Positions 41,565 through 56,818 are shown, counted from the stretch's first letter. The stretch is DNA of 64,000 nt from Eledone cirrhosa (GCA_964016885.1 OZ024758.1:11966001-12030000); one strand, 5' to 3'. Numbers and translations are program-made. The notes: generated by a model not told the origin, from the sequence alone.

Positions 41565-43126
41565 TAGTATATATAGAGTAATGTAAATGTTATGTGAGAT
41601 ATTATGTGAGGTAAAGACTTTACTCTGAAAATACAATAGTATATATAGAGTAATGTAAATGCTAAAGGGTTAAAATGATACTGTATTTAAATCAACATGA
41701 TTCAGCAAATGTGGACTTCTATATAATTAATACATCTTCATGACTGAGACTTTTGTATTAAATATTTATTGTATTTTTGGTATAATCCAATATTTAATCA
41801 CAACTGAGTTTTTGAAAAATATGGTAAACGCTCATATTTCGTGCATTTTCACCCCATTTAAGTTCAATTAAAAAATATATTTAGTTTTTGTTTTTAATGT
41901 CATTTTCAATAATTGAACTAATCAAGACGTAATTCCAAGTTTGCAGAAAACCGTCTAAATCAGCAACGTAATTGTGAAATTTCATTAATATTAAATTAAT
42001 TCTCTCACTGGTATCTTCAAATTGTGAAGCAATTAATTTGAACACTAAAATCAATTTTCAATATCATCTGGTGATATGGTTGACTTTTATTGATGATTTA
42101 ATAAAATATAATTTGAAATATTATTTTAACACAATGTTAACGCAGTGAGAAATTAATTTTCGGAAATACGTATTTATTAAAGAAAAATAAGTTTAATAAA
42201 AAATTATTTTTAATTTCTCACCACGTTTAATGAAATTAATTCAAGTGAAAACATTCACTTTCTTCAAAACCTGTCATCATCATGATCATCATCATCAGCA
42301 CCACCACCACAACCATATTTGCCATTCGTTACTGTCTAATTATTACCTCTCTTGAGATCGTGCACAAAAATGTTTCATCACAAATTTCCTGTCTTCCCAA
42401 ACGACGTATTCCATATGTCATTCCATTTCTGTATTAACTGTATCTTCATATTTAATAATCCGCAGAGTGTAATGTCTCCATTTTCAAACATTCTTTGTAT
42501 TCTTTAGAACATTTCTTTTTTCACGGATTAACATATTTTCAGCAAACTTTCCAAATATATTTTACCTTTTTTCCGTTGTTATTTCTTTGAGACTTTAATC
42601 TCTGTTATTATACATCTTGCAAAAACAGTTGTTATGTTTCTTTGATTTACAATCCCTGTGGATTTGATGTTGTTCTGTAGTCAGACCATATTTACTTTTG
42701 TTTTAATCATAGCGAGATTTAATCCATAATTCTTTAGTTGTCACTTGAGCAATTTCAACAAAAAAATAACAACGCTGATATAGTAAAAAGAAACAAAAAC
42801 AACAACAACAAAAGACAAAATGTTGTTAAACTATGCATATTCTATTCCATGTATTCTTTGTTTGTCTTCGAAACATCTTCAATCCACATTTTATACGAAA
42901 ATTTGCATTACAAATAAGTTATATTCATTTGGTATGATTTTTTACAGAGAATTCATTTTGAGATTAAAAATTTCGCTGTAAGGTTCTCTGTTTGAAATGC
43001 TTCCCTTGACCACTATATTTATATTGTATGATATTTACACAGTGGAATTAAAACTTCAACTGTAAGGTCTACTACCTCGATCACTTCATTCTAGCCTTCT
43101 AGCCTTCAGGTTATCTGCCTCAACGT

Positions 43127-43216
<90 letters not shown>

Positions 43217-43277
43217 CATATATATGTATAGATATATATATACATATATATAATATGTATATATATATATATATGTG

Positions 43278-43330
<53 letters not shown>

Positions 43331-43489
43331 CTAGCAGAAATACCACCCTTCATGTGGTTTTCTGCTAGCATGTGTAGTATGTATAGTGATATTATACGCA
43401 AGTATATATACAACTAGATATGATACATCAAATAAAATCGCCACCGGAAGTGTTGACATCACACACTCTCTCTTTCTATATATATGGTA
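43331..43489 (-). mobile_element. Possible mini-Helitron
   Basis: Minus strand begins ctaccatatatatagaaag...gtgtgtg and ends tttctgCTAG then T; doubled inverted end ctagcagaaa...tttctgctag. Confidence 0.4.
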
Positions 43490-46370
43490 GTTGAAGTGGT
43501 GGTGGTAGTGGCAACGATATACCGGAAGAGCAACTTTGAAAAGAAGTCAATTTTAAATTATTTATTTTTACGAAATTATTTTTGTTTACGAAATTTAGTA
43601 GATAAATGATGTAATATTCATTATTTATTCAAAGTAATCCAACTTTCCTTTATTCTATTTTAGATATAGCTAGAGCCAGTATATAGTATCCACGTTTGTA
43701 TCGACTGTAGTAGCAATGATAGAATAATTCATTAAATATATTACCATAGTATTTTATTTTAATGTATTTATATACTTATGAGTTTATATCTGTAATACTC
43801 TCCACTTACTAATAGAGACTAATCTTACCAATGAAATACATTGCAACAAAGCTTCACACAAAGGAATTATAATTAGGAGCATTATAAGATCTTGACAGTT
43901 CTTTGCGATGGTTTACTTGTTTTATTTACATCACTATTTACATTTACAACGTATTTGTTTTGTTTTAATTCATAAATGTATTTCAAATATTGTTATCGTT
44001 TATTTCCCCTTGTCCAGCATTTATATTCATTAAGAGAAACGTTTCTAATTAGTTTGATGACAAAGTAAGATGAAGATTATTTCACACATGTTTGTGTAAT
44101 TAGCGACGTTTTTCATTATATTTTGGCTGGATTCTGTCTTTTTACATTACTTCCTGGTATTTCCCATCAGCTTAATTGTTAATCAGCCTCTAAATTAATT
44201 TATTACTTGTGTGTCGTTATTTCATTTCACTTCGTATAAAACCAGACATCAATTTAACAGCAGATGCTGTCTATATACTTTATAATCTTTCTTAATCGAC
44301 TCATCACTGAAAGTGATTGATCAATTATTTTCTTCTTGTTATTGATGTGTAATATTTAATGATATAGCTCTAGTCTACATGACATTGCTTTACTTCAATT
44401 TGCTCATATTTCTACTCTCCGTCGAGACCTTTGTTGTCCTTGGCCCCCGCACATCCTATATATCTCTAAATCGGAGAGATGGTGACCTGTGAGGTTATGG
44501 TGGTTGTTGCAGCGCTGTTTCGCCATTTTGTCTGCTATCGCGGCGGAGTCACCACTGAGCCTGAGAATGTAGTGTTTGACCCCTCCCCATATCGCTTGCT
44601 TACGTTTTTTCTGTTTCTTCTTTTCATTTCCTTCTTTATTTTCTTGTTTTGTTCCCTTCAATAGTGTCAAATATTTTTATATAATTGTATCCTAAAAATA
44701 AAAAAGCTGTTTTCTTGTATTGCACATTTACTGGTATGTCATTTAGGAGATTTATCTTCCAAAGAGTTTCTGGAGTTACTGTACCACACATGTACACACA
44801 TCCAGTTACTGTACCACACATCCAGATGTTCGGCTTATTTATAACAACTTTCCAATGTTTGTTTTAAATTCTAATTACTCGCCTTTTTTTTCATTTTTCC
44901 ATTTTGAAAATGCAATAATGAAAGGACGAATTTATTATTTATTTCTGTGCACCCGGTTTCATCATTATTTTTTATTTTATATTACCCAAAGGACACATAT
45001 TTCGAGTGCATAATTGTTTTTCATCCACTCTAATCCAACTGCTTAATGGCTGCAATTTTTTTAACATATTCGGGAATATGAAAAACACAAATAATGCCTC
45101 AGTGATTTCCTGAGGTTTTGATTATATTAGAAATATATATTGAAATATTTCAAGTTGTTTACTCCGATATCCAGTGGTTTTATTGTACTAAAACGCGTTT
45201 ACCAGAATATAATCGTAATATTTATTTCATTAGCATCAACATTTGGGAAATATAATCTGTAATAAAATGTAGCGCTTTGTTACATAAATGTTATTTTCAA
45301 ATATATTGAACAACCTCAATAATGATTTTAAAAATGCAATTCCCTCTTACTCTGCTCTCTGAGTTTAAATTCAGCCGAGGTAAACTTTGCCGTTCATCCT
45401 TTCGAGGTCGATAAAAAAAAGTACCAGTGTACTACTGAGGTCAATTTTTCCGCTATATCTTTTTCTCATTTTCTCTCTCTTACTTTCTATCCTTCACTGG
45501 AGGAAATTTGCTGTATTCAGACCTGGAGATAATTGGCTCCGTCAGCCTTAAAATGACCCAGATATGCTGTATATCAATACATCCTCTACTATTCCATCAG
45601 GAATTACATGTCTAAAGAAAAGAAGATAAAACCAAGTATCAGAAACCTTTCTGAAAACCGTTGTTGAAAGACAATAATATCCTGCATAAATGTAAAGAGA
45701 ACTTATAATAAGCACAAAATCAATTATGAAAATTTGCTTATTTTGTATTGCAGGATATTACCAAGTAAAAATATACTATTTTAAATCTACTTTGTTCAAA
45801 ATCCTATACTATGTAGCTGAATAGTGCAATATATGTACACTGGCGTATTTAATTGGAATACAAACAAATGGAATTACAAATAACGGGATCAAAAATTCCA
45901 TTATTGAGTATTGTATTATCATAGAAATTGTAAAACGAAAGCATATTGCAGTAATTATAAGAAGTGAGTTTTATTTCTTTCGATTTCAAGTGAGCTACTT
46001 TGAAGATTAATAGCTTTCTGCCATGTAAAATCGTAAGTGTATTGAGATCTATGATTGAAAATGTTTTTTTTTTGTTTAAACTGATGCAGATTTTAGACAT
46101 AATAAATCAATTTTAGTGAAGTAGAAATATATATATCAACATATTGGAACATTGAATTCTTAAAGTTAACAAAGATATAAGTACATTCTTTTCATCTAGA
46201 ATCTTTTTGATAAATTATTTATTGTGCACACAGGATTATATACCTTCAGGATCATAGACGATAACTAATCTTGTGATACTGTCCACTGTATTATTTCATA
46301 GCCTTACATATAATGGCTTGAAAATTATAGAGTAAATAGATTCTATTCTGCAGGATATGCAATTGCCTAA

Positions 46371-46741
<371 letters not shown>

Positions 46742-47527
46742 GGGGGGGGGGTATACTTATCGTTGTTGTGGTATAAGATTGATCTGTATTCATTCTGTAC
46801 ATCATACATTTGTGCGGAATAACACTAATATTTTCAGATTTTTGAGACAATTGTTGATTATGTGTTGTTTGTTTGCTGTTTCTCGGCATCCCTAGATACT
46901 ATATTGCTGTCCATCCTTAAATTCTATGAAATAAGATTTGCCACACACTGGAACACTTTATTGTTTTCTTTCTGATTGGGTCTTGTTTAGTTTCTCAAGA
47001 AGAAATATCTTAATCAATATGAACAAATCTCTCCTTCAGAGTCTGAATATAATTATTTTACACTGAGGTTCACAATATTTAAGAAGCAAGTGCAATCTAT
47101 GTTTAATTATATTTAGAATGACATCGAAAATATGAAGGTGGAACTGTATTTACCTGAGTTAATATAACTACTGTGGGTATTACTGTGGGTATTACGGCAG
47201 GTCTTGTATGGGTTAACAGTCAGGCAGCAAGAATTGGAGCGGGAATGGAACTAGAGTAGGAAATAGCACAGGAATTAGTTGAAATATTTAATAAATCATA
47301 TATTAGAGGTCATTTAAGAACATATTATTTTTGAAGTAGAAATAGTGAATGGATTTCAGAATGAATATCAAACATTAATTTGTTTCGACATTAAATTGAA
47401 AAGAAATATTTGTCTTTGTTATATAGTTGGATAGAACCGTTGGACTTCTCGCAGGGATTTTTTATTTAATTAACATATTTTTATGACACGCTTCCTAGTG
47501 GTAACATTATGTCGGTTTGATTTATAG

Positions 47528-48545
47528 TAGTGATTTTTATTGAATTAACATATTTTTATACCATGTCTTCTAGTGGTAAATGTGTTGTATCCGCGATCTT
47601 TATGTCGGTTCGATTTCTGGTAGTGATTTTTATTGAATTAACATATTTTTATACCATGTCTTCTAGTGGTAAATGTGTTGCATCCGCGATCTTTATGTCG
47701 GTTCGATTTCTGGTAGTGATTTTTATTGAATTAACATATTTTTATACCATGTCTTCTAGTGGTAAATGTGTTGCATCCGCGATCTTTATGTCGGTTCGAT
47801 TTCTGGTAGTGATTTTTATTGAATTAACATATTTTTATACCATGTCTTCTAGTGGTAAATGTGTTGCATCCGCGATCTTTATGTCGGTTCGATTTCTGGT
47901 AGTGATTTTTATTGAATTAACATATTTTTATACCATGTCTTCTAGTGGTAAATGTGTTGTATCCGCGATCTTTATGTCGGTTCGATTTCTGGTAGTGATT
48001 TTTATTGAATTAACATATTTTTATACCATGTCTTCTAGTGGTAAATGTGTTGCATCCGCGATCTTTATGTCGGTTCGATTTCTGGTAGTGATTTTTATTG
48101 AATTAACATATTTTTATACCATGTCTTCTAGTGGTAAATGTGTTGCATCCGCGATCTTTATGTCGGTTCGATTTCTGGTAGTGATTTTTATTTAATTAAC
48201 ATATTTTTATACCATGTCTTCTAGTGGTAAATGTGTTGCATCCGCGATCTTTATGTCGGTTCGATTTCTGGTAGTGATTTTTATTGAATTAACATATTTT
48301 TATACCAGGTCTTCTAGTGGTAAATGTGTTGTATCCGCGATCTTTATGTCGGTTCGATTTCTGGTAGTGATTTTTATTGAATTAACATATTTTTATACCA
48401 GGTCTTCTAGTGATAAATGTGTTGCATCCGCGATCTTTATGTCGGTTCGATTTCTGGTAGTGATTTGTATTTAATTAACATATTTTTATAACATGTTTCC
48501 TAGTGGTAAATGTGTTGTATCCACGATCATTATGTCAGTTCGATT
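47528..48545 (+). repeat. 93-bp tandem array, about 11 near-identical units, SINE-head-derived
   Basis: Unit tagtgatttttattgaattaacatatttttataccatgtcttctagtggtaaatgtgttgYatccgcgatctttatgtcggttcgatttctgg; degenerate partial unit at 47457-47527. Confidence 0.95.
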
Positions 48546-48716
48546 ACTAAACTTGACATCACATTGTTTTCATAATATATGTCATGATCATCATTCTGCC
48601 AGTGGCTGCAATCTGAAAACATTACAAGCAATGCAAAGACTAATGGAATCAGAATGCCTCAGAGTACAGGCTTTCTTTGTAAGTGATGATTCAATAGTTA
48701 TTTGAAACCACTAAAA

Positions 48717-48929
48717 TAAGCATATTGAACATATGGCCCGCGGGCGACATGCGGCCATTTAAAAGCACACCTCACCTGCGGTTGGCACAAAGGTTTTTTT
48801 ACAGCGCGAGCATGTTTTATATTCGTAAAATTTGTTGTAATGTGCGCAATTGGTGGTCGTGTATGGACCTCAGACAATACATATGTGACCCCATATGGCC
48901 CTCGGAGGACCCTCAGTTTGACATGCCGG
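48717..48929 (+). mobile_element. hAT (Charlie-like) MITE
   Basis: ggcccgcggg.cacatgcggcc-like subterminal motif; imperfect TIRs taagcatattgaac / gtttgacatgccgg; 8-bp TSD cactaaaa / tactaaaa. Confidence 0.7.
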
Positions 48930-48976
48930 TACTAAAACAGTACATATATGTATATGTATTATTACCTTTATTGCTA

Positions 48977-49166
48977 TGGCGGTGGATTGGCAGTATCGGT
49001 AGAGGGTCGGAGGCCATGCTTTCCAGCATAGTTACGTCCCTTTACGATCTGAGTTCAAATCCCGCCGAGGTTGATTTTGCCTTTCATCCTTACGGGGTCG
49101 ATAAAATAAAGTACCAGTAATGCACTGGGTGATTGCTGGCCTTGTGCCTAAAGTAGAAACAATTAT
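48977..49166 (+). mobile_element. tRNA-derived SINE, close to consensus
   Basis: Full-length family match. Confidence 0.92.
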
Positions 49167-49567
49167 CTTCATTGCTAAAGTGTTTTCAGTACTTTTGTAA
49201 ACGACACAACATTAAAATCACAAAAAAGAGAGGAAGTTGTATTACTGTAATTTGTTCTTAAGTTTTAGAATTAACCTTTAATTCTATTTTACAGAAATCA
49301 AATTATACACAGAAATATTTATAGATGTCTCATATATTTACTTCTAGATGGCGATATTTATCTAATTTTATTGTTTGGTAATTTGAATTTATATACAATT
49401 AATTTGTTTCTGTTAACTTCTATCAAAACAATATAAATATAATAGATTACACGAGAAATATAAACAAATGCATTTTGGAAACGCAACAAACATTTCGAAA
49501 TTCCAATCTTGTTTTAGTCCTGTGTTTGATTTGTATAAATTATTCAATTATATTTAGTATTCAGTAT

Positions 49568-49823
<256 letters not shown>

Positions 49824-49831
49824 TAGAAATG

Positions 49832-49882
49832 GCTTCTACAGGATTAGAACTGTTTCATTCGAAGGATCCTATCACGAAAGCT
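49832..49882 (-). ncRNA. Degenerate hammerhead, relative of 55417-55467
   Basis: GAAA cag-ttctaatc-ctg TA gaagc is retained; the CTGATGA box has decayed to GTGATAG; adjacent to (TA)n. Confidence 0.45.
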
Positions 49883-51465
49883 ACATTTCTGAACATCTGC
49901 ATACATCTGCATACATGTGGATGACCATATGAACATTCATATGGTGGTGTTTATGTGTATATAATATGTGTATGTAGATTCTTGTGGTATTTTGTGGAGT
50001 GTGTGCGTTTCTGATTGTGTATAATTATGTATGTCTACATATTCCATAGAAACCCCAGCAGCAACATGAGATGTGTAATGTCAGTTTATTAACATCCTTG
50101 AGTGTCATCTATCTCATCAATATGAACAATATGAAAATCCTAATTTTTTATTTGTTCTCTTCTATTGGAGTATGGAATATATATGACAAGATACCATATA
50201 TATAGTTAGTCTTCTTCGTGTAACATTGGTCCGTTTGTAAAGCTGTTCTCTCTCCTATAAATCTATTAATAAATCACAATTTACCGCATTACTACAGCCA
50301 TTTGCACATGAAACAAATTACTTTAATATGTAAATATCCCCTTTACTAACAAATTATTAGACTGACATCAAAACAATAATTACAATAGGTAAACAAAATA
50401 TTTGCTTTTGTTACTAGACTTTCTAATATAACATATACGTATGTGACTCGAAATGATCCTACTAAATGTAAGAATGTTTACATTTCTGCCCTATGTTTGA
50501 GTGTGATTCTCAAACAAATTCACTCTTTAATGTAGAAAATGTCATATTTAATCAATACTAAAAACTTGTAATCATAGACATCTCCAAAATTATCAACGTT
50601 GCCATCTATATTTCATGCAGTTCAGTCACATAAGTTCAGTGTCTTTAACGTTTTCCAACGCTTTCCTTGCTTTACTTCTTTATAATTGAATCACTTTTAT
50701 CCTCTATTCTACATCGAAGATTTCATATTCACAGAGGTTCTTACATTTCTACACTCATATGTATTCAGTCGTTCATGTACATACATAACAAAGCTGCAAT
50801 ATACTCGACTAATATCCAAGCTATACTCAAAAATATTGCATATAAGAACTTGTTACTTTGATATGGAGATAGTGAGACATTAAAAAATAAGAGCAAATTG
50901 TTTTTAAGTAATAATTCCATAATGATTATCTAGTCCAACTTGCTTTTACTGTCCAACTACGTTTTTGGAACTCTCCTCTTTTTTCTAATGGATCCACTTA
51001 GTTAATGGAAACGAATTCTTAAAACACACCACAGTAATATTTTAAAATAAATTATTTCCTTTATTATATTTGGTAAGTAATCTTCTATTATAATATAATG
51101 TATATGAAGTGTTTGTTTTTTAGTGTCCTTTTTTTCCCGTCAGTCTCCAGGCAACATCACATCATCCTATTTATAACTTTTCATAATATTGCACAGTTAT
51201 GTGCAGAAGATGTATATTTTCCTCTTTGCTATGTTATTTTTATATTTCAGGTTTTGCTTCCATGTTAAATAATTCTTATTTAATTCTTCAATAGAGTCAG
51301 TTAAGTGAATTAGGATAGTGATATACCTAAATCACGATGGATTCTCATTCTTAAAATTATCCATTATAAACTGAAGAAATACAATACATGGGTGGGAGGG
51401 GTTTAGAAACCGAGTCATTAAGTGCTAAACAGCAATTATGTTTTCGAAAATCAATTCTAAAATCA

Positions 51466-51600
51466 CACACCACAAATACACTCATATCACACACACACCA
51501 CAAATACACTCATATCACACACACACACACCACAAATACACTCATATCACACACACACACACCACAAATACACCTACACACACCACAAATACACTCATGT
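51466..51600. repeat. CA-rich minisatellite (about 28-32 bp unit)
   Basis: cacaccacaaatacactcatatcacacaca occurs 3-4 times. Confidence 0.85.
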
Positions 51601-52362
51601 CACACACAACACACACACATAAACACACACACACCACACATACATATACGCACACATCACACACACCTGTACATGGTATGGTTAAATTTCTCTTGTATAA
51701 ATATTATCCGAAAAAAAGGTCTTAACCGTTTATAATGTATGTGTATGTGTGGAAAGGAATATGCATATGTGAGTGTGTGCGTGTTTTAATGTATATGTGT
51801 GTGATTATGTGTGAGTGTATGTGTATATGGTTCATTTAGTTTACACACCGACCATTTTCCCCCTTATGTATCAATCAACCATCATCCCTTATGTATCAAT
51901 CATATCTGTTTATTTATACAAATATATCGGAATTTTCCATTCGATCATATTTCATACAAATATCGTATATGTAGTTGTGTTTCTGTAATAGAGAGATCAA
52001 TGACAGCTATTAAATTAGACCACAATTTTCTGTAATAAATACTATCATTTCTGATATATCACTATGGCAGTTTCTGTATACTACACAAATTGTTACAACA
52101 AATAGTACACAGGAGTAATTCAATATTCCAAGTTACATAACAAATTATGTTGAACTAATTCTATTATGCAATATGTCATAACAGTACATTCCTTACTGTA
52201 GCTAACAGAGTATATGTAAGAAATAATGTTCCTCTCTCCAATTGTTTTACATGAGAAGAAAATTTTATTTCCCGAAGAAAATTGAGTTCAAATATTTTAT
52301 GGCAATAATCCGCAAATCGTTTTCCTAGAACAAGACATGAATATTTCAAAATATGTAATTCA

Positions 52363-53440
52363 AGCTGGTCATTGGAGCACTTTGGTAGCCTCATGTGTCA
52401 CAAGACGTGGGAAGTACAGATTACTGCAACTGACCGTCGTCATTGGAGCACTTTGGTAGTCTCTTAGTCTCAAGACTTGGGAAGTATAGATTGCTGCAAC
52501 TGACCGTGGTCATTGGAGTACTTTGGTAGGCTCTTACGTCACAAGACGTGGGAAGTACATATATCTGCAACTGAACGTGGTCATTGGATTACTTTGGTAG
52601 GCTCTTAGTCTCAAGACTTGGGAAGTATAGATTGCTGCAACTGACCGTGGTCATTGGAGTACTTTGGTAGGCTCTTACGTCACAAGACGTGGGAAGTACA
52701 TATATCTGCAACTGACCGTGGTCATTGGATTACTTTGGTAGGATCTTACGTCACAAGACGTGGGAAGTACAGATAGCTGCAACTGACCGTGGTCATTGGA
52801 GTACTTTGGTAGTCTCTTAGTCTCAAGACTTGGGAAGTATAGATTGCTGCAACTGACCGTGGTCATTGGAGTACTTTGGTAGGCTCTTACGTCACAAGAC
52901 ATGGGAAGTACATATATCTGCAACTGACCGTGGTCATTGGAGTACTTTGGTAGTCTCTTAGTCTCAAGACTTGGGAAGTATAGATTGCTGCAATTGACCG
53001 TGGTCATTGGAGCACTTTGGTAGGTTCTTAGTCTCAAGACTTGGGAAGTACAGATTGCTGCAACTGACCGTGGTCATTGGAGCACTTTGGTAGGCTCTTA
53101 GTCTCAAGACTTGGGAAGTACAGATTGCTGCAACTGACCGTGGTCATTGGAGCACTTTGGTAGGCTCTTAGTCTCAAGACTTGGGAAGTACAGATTGCTG
53201 CAACTGACCGTGGTCATTGGAGCACTTTGGTAGGCTCTTAGTCTCAAGACTTGGGAAATACAGATTGCTGCAACTGACCGTGGTCATTGGAGCACTTTGG
53301 TAGGTTCTTGGTCTCAAGACTTGGGAAGTACAGATTGCTGCAACTGACCGTGGTCATTGGAGCACTTTGGTTGTCTCATGTGTCTCAAGACGTGGGAAGT
53401 ACATATAGCTGCAACTGACCGTGGTCATTGGAGTACTTTC
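52363..53440. repeat. 70/71-bp tandem array, about 15 units, two variants
   Basis: Unit aactgaccgtggtcattggagYactttggtaggctcttagtctcaagacttgggaagtaYagattgctgc; unit starts at 52781, 52851 and 52922 give periods of 70 and 71. Confidence 0.95.
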
Positions 53441-53809
53441 GCTGCCACATGCCTTGCAAAAGTCGGTTACATGTAATTCTAAATCAATGTATATGTAGCC
53501 TGATATTTGAATCAATCGTTATAGATAGTTTTGATGAATGGAAGACATACTTTTGGGGGAGTTTCGATACGTAGGTAGACAACGTATTCAGCTGCTACTA
53601 GATTATTCATTACACACGGTTACACCAACACAATACTAGCATCATTGAATTCTTAAATTAGATATTTTTAAATTGAAAAACATGAATGTTTAGGTTGCTC
53701 AAATTTCAAATAACATAACTGGCTACATAATCTACTAAACATTGGCTACTATTCATATGCTATAATACTTCATATATACGAAGTGCTATATATATTATAT
53801 ATATGTATA

Positions 53810-54123
<314 letters not shown>

Positions 54124-54426
54124 TATATATATATATATATATATACACGCGCACATACACAGGGAGAAATGTTGATATCCATCTATTAACCGCTTGGGGG
54201 AACGAAGTTGACATTATGTTAATGTTAAAATGTTAAATACTACACTACGAGTGGGGTCGGATAGAAGGTTTGATAGACAGAAAATAGATTTATAATTAGA
54301 AGGTAAACAGATTGGTAAATAAGTTTAGAGATAGACAGTGATATATCTACCTATATACTACTAAAACTTTGTGATTGATTGCTTACTTGTCTATTACGTA
54401 ATACAGCCAAAACGGCGCACAATGGG

Positions 54427-54472
54427 AAAATACTTTGAAAGGAAAATACTTTGAAAGGAAAATACTTTGAAA
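54427..54472. repeat. Tandem repeat (ggaaaatactttgaaa) x3
   Basis: Direct reading. Confidence 0.85.
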
Positions 54473-54628
54473 GCTGCCCGTGAAATGGGAATACATATGG
54501 AATAAAACACGTTTCGCCTAAATCGGAGCACGGGTTCCCTAGATACGGTATTTTTCCGTGTATCTTCATAGATAGAGAGAGAGAGAAAGAGATAGTGGTT
54601 GTGGGAGAGTAGATTGAAAGAGAGACAT

Positions 54629-54688
<60 letters not shown>

Positions 54689-54963
54689 CGACAGAGAAGG
54701 AAAATGGAAGAGAAAGAGATGGTGGTATTATTGTATGAAATTATAACAGGTGACTTCAAAGAATCGAATACAGTATTACTGTATCTAGCTTGAATTTGGT
54801 CACTGAATATTAAGTCCTATAACTTGTGTTAGGATAGGATGCCTGTAGCGAATAGTTCTTGCTAAATAGGAAGAGTTTCTACGTATGTGTGTATATATAT
54901 GTGCATGTGTGAGTGTATATATGTATATATGTGGGTGTTAATGTATAGGCACGTTTATATATA

Positions 54964-55038
54964 CAGGGTGTCCCTAAAATATGTACACATATTTAATAGA
55001 ATGATATTGAAGTGCATATATATTTTTGGGACGCCCTG
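54964..55038. mobile_element. Tc1/mariner MITE (75 bp)
   Basis: TA-CAGGGTGTCCCTAAAAT...ATTTTTGGGACGCCCTG-TA. Confidence 0.8.
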
Positions 55039-55047
55039 TATATATAT

Positions 55048-55467
<420 letters not shown>

Positions 55468-56161
55468 GGGTATCCTTTTATACTCTGCTATGTATTGAGT
55501 ACCTTACTTACTGTGGTTACCTCCGATTCAACCCGGAATAACGTATATATATATATATATATATACACGTATATATACGGTACACATATTTATCTCTTAG
55601 TACCAATTTTCGTAATGTAATATAATCACCATACTAACCACTCTAATTGAAGATTAGTGTTCAGTATGTGTTTATGTGGTGTTTTGTTTCCAGAGTAGAC
55701 ATTATTTTTTGTTTTATAAATTCATTATAGTTTACAAGCTTTTGTTACACGTGTAGTTCTCTATGTTTAATCATTATTGATTTATTTTTTACTAAAACTT
55801 GTTATATTATAACATTGTTTCTTTGAAGATAGTAAAATGTCAACAAAAAAAAATATGCCTAACTGTCTATCTGTCTCGCTTTAAGCAACGTATATTGTGG
55901 TGACGATTCTAATTGAAAGCCAGTGTAACACTTTTTTTAATGTACCAATGTTTTCCAACTCGAGTTCTAACACTTTACTTTTATGTTAGAAAGTTATAAT
56001 TATTTAAATGCCTCAGGTATTAGTTCGTTTTCGATTACTGAAATCTTATATTTTCAAATTGTCATAAAATTTTGGCTATAATATTGTTCTCCTTGTGTTC
56101 CTACGTTCTGTTGTATAGTTTTTTTTTTTTTTTTTTTTTTTTTGGTGTCGTGGATATATTA

Positions 56162-56200
56162 TCTATATATCTAAAACAGAATGTCTGTCTGTCTGCCTGA
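56162..56200 (+). mobile_element. Helitron-like 5' terminus fragment
   Basis: A|TCtatatatctaaaacagaatgtctgtctgt resembles the start at 40112; no 3' end was found. Confidence 0.4.
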
Positions 56201-56257
56201 TGACATGGACAATGTACTGTAGGCTTTAGCTTTCATATGGGCACGGCCATCTCTCTA

Positions 56258-56351
<94 letters not shown>

Positions 56352-56560
56352 CTCTCTCTCTTTCTCTCTCTCTCATTATCTGCCTTCCCATCTCCTCCAA
56401 TAGACACGCAGAAACACAAGATGCAATAGCGAAGACGAAATCTAAACGAAGAAGAGACATTGTGAGGTAAAGTACAACATAAAAAGGAATTAAAATATAT
56501 AAGGAAAGAACATTGACAATTGAATAATGAAGCGGTTACTAAACCCATGGTGGAATGGAT

Positions 56561-56818
56561 TATTACTTGTTTCGATTTTAGGCACAAGGCCGGCATTTAC
56601 CCAGTACATTACTGGTACTTTATTTTATCGACCCCGTAAGGATGAAAGGCAAGGTTAACCTCGGCGGGATTTGAACTCAGAATGGCAAGGGCCGTAACTA
56701 TGCTAGAAAGCATGGCGTCCAATACTCTGTAATAATTATTTCTACTTTTGGCACAAAGCCAGCAATTATCCCAGTGTATTACTGGTACTTTAATTTGTCG
56801 ACCCCGTAAGGATGAAAT
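56561..56818 (-). mobile_element. Two tandem truncated SINEs
   Basis: Family matches at about 56561-56725 and 56732-56818. Confidence 0.85.

Noticed and set aside
47530-48474. 221-aa and 86-aa ORFs with a 31-aa repeat
   Set aside because: A consequence of the 93-bp unit being a multiple of 3; interrupted by stops, with no start or splice context.
52675-53037. 120-aa ORF with a 47-aa repeat
   Set aside because: It arises only where 70- and 71-bp units alternate (141 bp); the frame breaks elsewhere in the array.
52363-53440. CRISPR-like appearance of the tandem arrays (also 47528-48545)
   Set aside because: No unique spacers, units are contiguous, no cas genes, and the context is eukaryotic.
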